DNA of 59,759 nucleotides, from the NCBI GenBank assembly GCA_021734665.1, contig JAIPIN010000001.1, forward strand, positions 1-59,759. Reading direction: 5' to 3'. A program made the position numbers and the translations under genes. Shown piece after piece: positions 54,380-59,759 of the stretch. Each line of letters starts with the position of its first letter. Position 1 is the stretch's first letter. The notes under the pieces are model-generated. The model was given only the letters and a program-made list of their open reading frames with translations, ran no database searches and was not told the DNA's origin. Source of the DNA: Kiritimatiellales bacterium (GTDB lineage: Bacteria > Patescibacteriota > Gracilibacteria > Peribacterales > Peribacteraceae).

Positions 54380-55572
54380 TAATTAGAATAAAAATTTATC
54401 ACTTTTCTAATTCCTTCAATCACATCTTTTGCATCATCATTAGTCATACTAGAAAACATAGGAAGGCTTAGTATATTTTTATATGCAGCTTCGGCAACTG
54501 GGCACTGTGTTTCCTTTGTACCAAAATGATTTATATAAAACGGATGTAAATGAGTAGGAATGTAATGTACGTTAACTCCTATGTTCTCTGCTCTTAGGGC
54601 TTTGAATATTTCTTCGCGAGAGGCGGATAATTTGTTTGTATCTAATTGAATTACATATAAGTGATAAGCATGAGAAATATTATCACGAACTTTTAGTGGT
54701 TTAATTGCATCAATATTAATAAATGCATTGTTATACATCTGTGCAATTTCCTGCCTTCTTAGTGTCCATTTGGGTACTTTTTTTAGTTGACTTATACCCA
54801 AGGCACATTGGAAATCTGTTAGTCGATAATTAAATCCAAGATTTGTCATTTCATAAAACCAAGACCCAGCTTCTAATCTCTCTCTATGATCGTTATTTAA
54901 GCAATGATTTCTAAATTCTCTCATCAGTTTTGGTAAATGCGGATTATCAGTAGTAATCATTCCTCCTTCTCCTGTTGTCATTGGTTTCACAGCATGAAAA
55001 CTGAATGTACTTATATCAGCAAGCGAACCGACGGATTTATTTCCATTTGTTGCACCAAGGGCATGGCATGCGTCAGCTACGAGGAACAAATTATGATTTT
55101 CTGCAATTTTGGAAAGAACATCATAATCACAAGGTTGTCCTGCGTAATCTACAGCAACTATTGCTTTAGTATTTTCTGTAATAGCCTCTTCAACTTTATT
55201 TGTGTCAATCAAAAGTGTCTCTGGATCACTATCAACAAAAATTGGAGTTCCTTTTTGAAGAGCTATCGCATTAGCAGTTGCTGCAAAAGTCATTGTTGGA
55301 ACTATCACTTCATCTCCTTTGGCAATACCCAGTGTGAACATTGTTGTGTGGAGTGCTGCAGTTCCATTGCTTACGGCGATTGCATCATTGGTACCCACAA
55401 ACGATGCAAATTCTTTTTCAAATTCAGAAACCTTTGGGCCAGTAGTTAGCCAATCAGATCTTAGAACTTCATTTACAGCAGATATGTCTTCATCCGAAAT
55501 CGATTGTCGAGCATACGGAAGAAAAGTGTTTCTAATGGGGGAACCTCCTTTGATTGCTAATGATTCTGGCAT
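54379..55572 (-). CDS. pseC: UDP-4-amino-4,6-dideoxy-N-acetyl-beta-L-altrosamine transaminase
   Basis: LPYARQSISDEDISAVNEVLRSDWLTTGPKV, SNGTAALH, FHAVKPMTTGEGG. Confidence 0.88.
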   Translation of the reverse strand: MPESLAIKGGSPIRNTFLPYARQSISDEDISAVNEVLRSDWLTTGPKVSEFEKEFASFVGTNDAIAVSNGTAALHTTMFTLGIAKGDEVIVPTMTFAATANAIALQKGTPIFVDSDPETLLIDTNKVEEAITENTKAIVAVDYAGQPCDYDVLSKIAENHNLFLVADACHALGATNGNKSVGSLADISTFSFHAVKPMTTGEGGMITTDNPHLPKLMREFRNHCLNNDHRERLEAGSWFYEMTNLGFNYRLTDFQCALGISQLKKVPKWTLRRQEIAQMYNNAFINIDAIKPLKVRDNISHAYHLYVIQLDTNKLSASREEIFKALRAENIGVNVHYIPTHLHPFYINHFGTKETQCPVAEAAYKNILSLPMFSSMTNDDAKDVIEGIRKVINFYSN

Positions 55573-56549
55573 GCTTCGACACTATAGATCATATGTACTA
55601 GCTCCTCCACTGTTAGCCATTCAATATTGGTATTGCTGGCATATTTAAAGTCTTCAGGTAAATTAGGAGTTGGCCATGGGGTTTCACGCCAAGATGAAAT
55701 TTCTGGTTGTATAATATACATATTTTCTGTCTCTAAAGTATGACGAGACTCGTCTTCGGATAGAAGTACTTCGTGTAGCTTTTCTCCTGGTCGGATACCT
55801 ATCAAATTCTTTTTACATCTAGGTGCTATCGCTTCTGCAAGTTCTGTGATTTTCATGCTGGGGATTTTTGGTATAAATACTTCTCCGCCCTCCATTTTAT
55901 CAAGACAATTAATCACAAAATCTACACCTTGATCAATTGTTATCCAAAATCTTGTCATTCTTTCGTCTGTAATAGTAATTGTTCCAGTATCGCGCTGTTT
56001 TTCGAATAGAGGTATTACACTTCCTCTGCTTCCAACAACATTTCCATATCTTACGCATGCAAAACGGGTATCGATTCCTCCTCTATATGCGTTTCCTTGT
56101 GTTATTATTTTTTCTGATACAAGTTTTGTAGCTCCGTAAAGATTGCTAGGGCTAACAGCCTTATCTGTACTGAGTGCAATTACTTTCTTAACTCCTGCAT
56201 CAATAGCAGTATCAACAATATTGCGTGCCCCAGTTATATTGGTCTTTACAGCTTCGTGAGGATTATATTCGCATGCAGGCACATGCTTAAGCGCAGCTGC
56301 ATGAATAACAATATCAACTCCAGCCATTGCTCTGCTAAGCCTGTCGCGGTCGCGCACATCTCCTATAAAAAAGCGAATGTCAGGATGATCAAATCCTTCA
56401 TTTTGCATTTCATATTGTTTAAGCTCATCTCTGCTAAATACTATCACTTTTTTTGGAGAGTGATGATCAAGAACAGTTCGGCAGAATTGCTTTCCGAAGG
56501 ATCCTGTACCTCCTGTAATAAGGATGGATTGATTACTTAAATTTTCCAT
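55557..56549 (-). CDS. pseB: UDP-N-acetylglucosamine 4,6-dehydratase (inverting)
   Basis: ILITGGTGSFGK, VFSRDELKQ, FIGDVRDRDRL, HAAALKHVPACEYNP, STDKAVSPSNLYGATK. Confidence 0.9.
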   Translation of the reverse strand: MENLSNQSILITGGTGSFGKQFCRTVLDHHSPKKVIVFSRDELKQYEMQNEGFDHPDIRFFIGDVRDRDRLSRAMAGVDIVIHAAALKHVPACEYNPHEAVKTNITGARNIVDTAIDAGVKKVIALSTDKAVSPSNLYGATKLVSEKIITQGNAYRGGIDTRFACVRYGNVVGSRGSVIPLFEKQRDTGTITITDERMTRFWITIDQGVDFVINCLDKMEGGEVFIPKIPSMKITELAEAIAPRCKKNLIGIRPGEKLHEVLLSEDESRHTLETENMYIIQPEISSWRETPWPTPNLPEDFKYASNTNIEWLTVEELVHMIYSVEACQNH

Positions 56550-56567
56550 AATAAAATTGGTCAGGAA

Positions 56568-57485
56568 TTAAGATATATTTGGTCGCCAGGTTACAATCGA
56601 AGATGGATTTAATGGATTTATTCCAAGCTCATCAGAGTCATTTCTTAACATTTCTATACCTGGTTGTTGTTTAATTACACTAATTAAGTCTCGATTATAA
56701 TCATTTGCAATCACATATTTTTTTCTCATTAGATCAAGAAGCGAATTGTCGTAATTATCGAAGCCAACTTCGATATGAACTCCGGCGATAATTCGATCAA
56801 AATATTTTGAAAGGGTATTAAATACCTGTGTGGCAGTTGGTAGTTGTTCTATAGCATGGCGCGTAAATACTAGAACTTTCTTTCCAAATGAGCATTTTTC
56901 GAGCATATTGTATGTATCGTCATAAAAATTAAATTGCTCGACATTAATATTTGAATGCTTGGCATATATTAATTTTGAAAGTTCGACTGCGTTTCGAGAA
57001 TAATCTCCGCCAATGTATCTTTTGTTGGGATATTGATTTTGCATAACCCATAGATTATGTCCGTATCCACAGCCCAACTCAATAACTATATCTGCCTCAT
57101 CAATGTAAGGGGATAGTGAATCCAACAACACAGAGTTGTTGGCAGGCATAATTTGATTAGCTGGCAATTCGAAAAGTATTCCTTTTTGGGATACAACGGT
57201 TGATTCAAATGTGCTCAAGCCAAATTCATGTGATCTAATTTCGTCGGCATTGGTAATCCCGTTCTTTTTTGCGAAGTTTAAATAACTAAGATATTTATCT
57301 TTGTCATATTCAGAATCGTTTTTCTCAACAGTGCGACGTGGTATGTTCCATTCGTCGAGCTGGAGAAGTCTACGTGGCCATTTGGACCATTTTGGTAATT
57401 CATCCAATGGAATAATTCTGGATGCATAATCCCGAATATTTATTTTTGATTGTATGCTCAGAGTCGAATTTTGATTATTGGTCAT
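56568..57485 (-). CDS. class I SAM-dependent methyltransferase (start moved to ATG 57485)
   Basis: VIELGCGYGHNLWVM (motif I); first gene of the minus-strand pse operon. Confidence 0.65.
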   Translation of the reverse strand: MTNNQNSTLSIQSKINIRDYASRIIPLDELPKWSKWPRRLLQLDEWNIPRRTVEKNDSEYDKDKYLSYLNFAKKNGITNADEIRSHEFGLSTFESTVVSQKGILFELPANQIMPANNSVLLDSLSPYIDEADIVIELGCGYGHNLWVMQNQYPNKRYIGGDYSRNAVELSKLIYAKHSNINVEQFNFYDDTYNMLEKCSFGKKVLVFTRHAIEQLPTATQVFNTLSKYFDRIIAGVHIEVGFDNYDNSLLDLMRKKYVIANDYNRDLISVIKQQPGIEMLRNDSDELGINPLNPSSIVTWRPNIS

Positions 57486-57841
57486 ATGTGGCACTATAGC
57501 TCGAATTGAATGAATACAACAAATGTTATGTAAGTTTTTATTATAGAGTGATATATCTTGATTTATGTATATAAAACTAAAACATGACATCATGTCTAAT
57601 GAGTGGTTTATATATAGATTGAGTTCCTTAACTTCATGTGTATTGGTTCTATAACCCTAATTATTATCGTTATGTGATTTTTGCAGGTGAGATATTTATC
57701 CATAATAATTATCCGGTACAAGCGCTCGATATAGTTGTACAAAAAACAAAGAATGATAAAAAAGATATGAAACTTAATATCATTGAGAAGATTAAGAGTG
57801 AACCTAAATAGTGTATTAGTAACTTATGCTATTATTTCTTC

Positions 57842-59551
57842 ATGTTTTCAAGGCAAAGGCTAATTCTCGCGTTTCTAATACTCTCATCGATAAGAATTAC
57901 ATGGATTCTATTTTTATTCCTGATTTACGAAAGCCAGCTTAGGTTAGCGGGAGACGCTAGTTCATTCTTTACAGTTTCGCAGGGGATGCTAAATGGGATG
58001 CCACTTTATACTGGGCTTTATGAAATGAAGCCCCCTGGACTCTTTTACTTAAATGCCTTATCACTCATCATTGCCGATAACGAAATTCCTCTTACAATTT
58101 TAAAAGTAGTATTAGTGGGGGCTATTCCAGTTTCTATGATTGCATTTGTATTAGTAGTTTTTAAAAAAGTGGATAAACATATAAAAAGATTTTTTCTATT
58201 TACTTCATTGATTGTTGGATGCACAACATCAATTTATATATTAGAGAGAATTTTGGGATTACAGGCAGAGCCTTTTGGAGTGTTTTTCTCAATTTTATAT
58301 GTTCTGATTGTTGGTTGGGATCTTAAAAATATGTCGCGAATAAGAATTGTTTTGGCTGCAATTGCGATAGCTTTGGCAGTTGGGATGAGGGAGCAATTTT
58401 TATTTCCGTTGCTTGCGGCGGGAATGCTCATATCTAGTAATTTAAAGTTTTTTATAAAATCATTTGTAATTCCATGTGCAATAGCAATTGTTGCAGGTTT
58501 AATTTTCATGCAGACGATGGGCTATTTGTATTTCTATCTGAATGTATATCTGCCGGATGCATTCGGATCGGAAGCAGGAATAAATGAGCTAGGAAATATA
58601 TTTATGCGGGGATTGCACGGGTGGATTGTTATGTTGGATGTTAGTTATTTATTCATAATGCCTTTGTTTGGAGTTTTGATCGGTATTTTGTGGGTAAGTG
58701 TGTCTGTTATTAAAACCGAGATAAGCACTTGGAGAGATATAATTGGAGCATGGATATGCACTTGTGCCGGTATTTTGTTCATGCACATTACTTTTGTCGC
58801 ATATCTTATTGCGGATAAAAACTTAGAACATACTATTGTGCGATATGCACCGTTTGTTTATGTGTTAAGTATTACATCCGCACTTATTTTTGTTATCAGC
58901 TTGATTTGGTTGTTTATAAGAAACCGTAGCTTATTGGCACATACTTTGGTGACGATTGTCGCTACTTATCCGATAGTATTTTCCGCTGGGGCAAAGAATT
59001 TTTCGGTGTACCAATTGACGGTTGCAATACCTGTATACATAGCGGTTTTAATTATATTTATGCATGCCGCTTCTGATTATCCAAAAAGAAATCCGATTCC
59101 CTTGATTACAAAAATAATTACTTTGATTATAATCATAATGCCATTTGTGTTAATAGGTTTTGATTGGCAGAAGAAACAGGATCGATTGGAAGAATTTAAT
59201 TCAAAATTTTATATAGATGTAGAGAACGCTAAGCAGTTTGATTCAATGATGGATAGATGCGGATTTGATAATTATATTCCTTGGGATATATTTATTCGTA
59301 CTGCAAAACATTCTCCAATTCAGATGAATTGGGCTACACATAGGTCGTTTAATCCCGGCTCAAATTCGTATTTTCGTTCTAGGACAATAGAACATCTTTC
59401 AAATATACCTGTATTGATTATGGATCCTAGAAGAAGAGGGGACACAGAGCTTCATAGATTGATTGAAGAGAATTTCACACTAGAGCAGCCAGAATGTGCT
59501 CAGGGGTATGAAGAGCCTGAGTTTTATAGTATATATTTTCGTAAGATTTGA
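57842..59551 (+). CDS. large polytopic membrane protein (GT-C-like glycosyltransferase, polymerase or ligase candidate)
   Basis: 569 aa, ~12 hydrophobic segments then ~130-aa soluble C-terminus; no diagnostic motif recognised. Confidence 0.5.
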   Translation: MFSRQRLILAFLILSSIRITWILFLFLIYESQLRLAGDASSFFTVSQGMLNGMPLYTGLYEMKPPGLFYLNALSLIIADNEIPLTILKVVLVGAIPVSMIAFVLVVFKKVDKHIKRFFLFTSLIVGCTTSIYILERILGLQAEPFGVFFSILYVLIVGWDLKNMSRIRIVLAAIAIALAVGMREQFLFPLLAAGMLISSNLKFFIKSFVIPCAIAIVAGLIFMQTMGYLYFYLNVYLPDAFGSEAGINELGNIFMRGLHGWIVMLDVSYLFIMPLFGVLIGILWVSVSVIKTEISTWRDIIGAWICTCAGILFMHITFVAYLIADKNLEHTIVRYAPFVYVLSITSALIFVISLIWLFIRNRSLLAHTLVTIVATYPIVFSAGAKNFSVYQLTVAIPVYIAVLIIFMHAASDYPKRNPIPLITKIITLIIIIMPFVLIGFDWQKKQDRLEEFNSKFYIDVENAKQFDSMMDRCGFDNYIPWDIFIRTAKHSPIQMNWATHRSFNPGSNSYFRSRTIEHLSNIPVLIMDPRRRGDTELHRLIEENFTLEQPECAQGYEEPEFYSIYFRKI

Positions 59552-59636
59552 TATGCAAATAATAAATAACAAATAACAATAACTTAAAAACAAAGAAAAA
59601 TTAAATTACAAAATATAAAGCTTAAATTCCATTCCG

Positions 59637-59661
59637 AAGTGCAACACCCAAGTGCAACACC
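59637..59661. repeat. direct repeat aagtgcaacacc x2 (13-nt period)
   Basis: 59637-59648 and 59650-59661 are identical. Confidence 0.85.
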
Positions 59662-59675
59662 TGATTCCCTCTGAA

Positions 59676-59740
59676 ATGCCATAGAGAGGAGGTACGGTAG
59701 AGAAGTCATTCCTACCACCTTCCCACCTCAGCTATGGCAT
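59676..59740. other. 65-nt rod-like hairpin element downstream of the last CDS
   Basis: atgccatag (59676-59684) pairs with ctatggcat (59732-59740); inner gaggaggt/accttccc (7 of 8 pairs including one G-U, one mismatch) and ggtag/ctacc pairings. Confidence 0.45.
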
Positions 59741-59759
59741 ACAGACAGCTTAATAGTTT

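Noticed and set aside
59676-59740. tRNA or 5S rRNA at the window end
   Set aside because: The element is 65 nt with a 9-bp closing stem and a rod-like fold. It has no D/T-loop signatures and no 5S loop C/E motifs.

Overview
59.8-kb window of a compact, AT-rich bacterial genome using the standard code (long ORFs end in TGA, TAA or TAG). The left third (1-23.8 kb) is mostly housekeeping. It holds the 3' end of a cysteine-rich-repeat surface protein (missed by the ORF track), a GT2, tsaB, secA, holB, a TPR protein, a polysaccharide deacetylase, a 2Fe-2S ferredoxin, dispersed sufC / sufB / sufD-like genes and a SIMPL-family protein. It also holds a HlyD + ABC ATPase + 2x FtsX-permease (MacAB-like) operon followed by two unannotated tiny Cys-rich/acidic ORFs, a CapA-like lipoprotein and three orphan genes. 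A stand-alone 16S rRNA gene (minus strand) has its own promoter, leader/trailer processing stem and terminator, a ~157-nt insertion in helix 6/V1 and a variant anti-SD core (CUUCC). The right two thirds (23.9-59.6 kb) is a ~36-kb glycan-biosynthesis island. It contains a complete pseudaminic-acid operon (pseB, C, F-like, G, H, I plus extra enzymes) and a second NeuC/NeuB/NeuA-type nonulosonic-acid set with a WbuX/HisH/HisF-like acetamidino module. It also contains two paralogous KpsS-like putative ulosonate transferases, five methyltransferase domains, GT2/GT4 enzymes, a polyprenol-P-sugar synthase + flippase-like + GT-C-like triad, an MsbA-like ABC exporter and two unusual fusions (methyltransferase-FrhB-like; PHP-ATP-grasp). 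Sequence-level oddities are a family of locus-specific, heptad-periodic imperfect inverted repeats (intergenic, in the 16S leader and inside the 16S), in-frame tandem-repeat expansions in tsaB and sufD, a fixed-distance pyrimidine box before three small acidic-protein genes, and near absence of Shine-Dalgarno motifs. The combination is consistent with an uncultivated small-genome lineage (CPR/Patescibacteria-like), but that is inference only. All calls come from reading the sequence and translations by eye. No searches or folding programs were run, and hairpin coordinates and match counts are manual.
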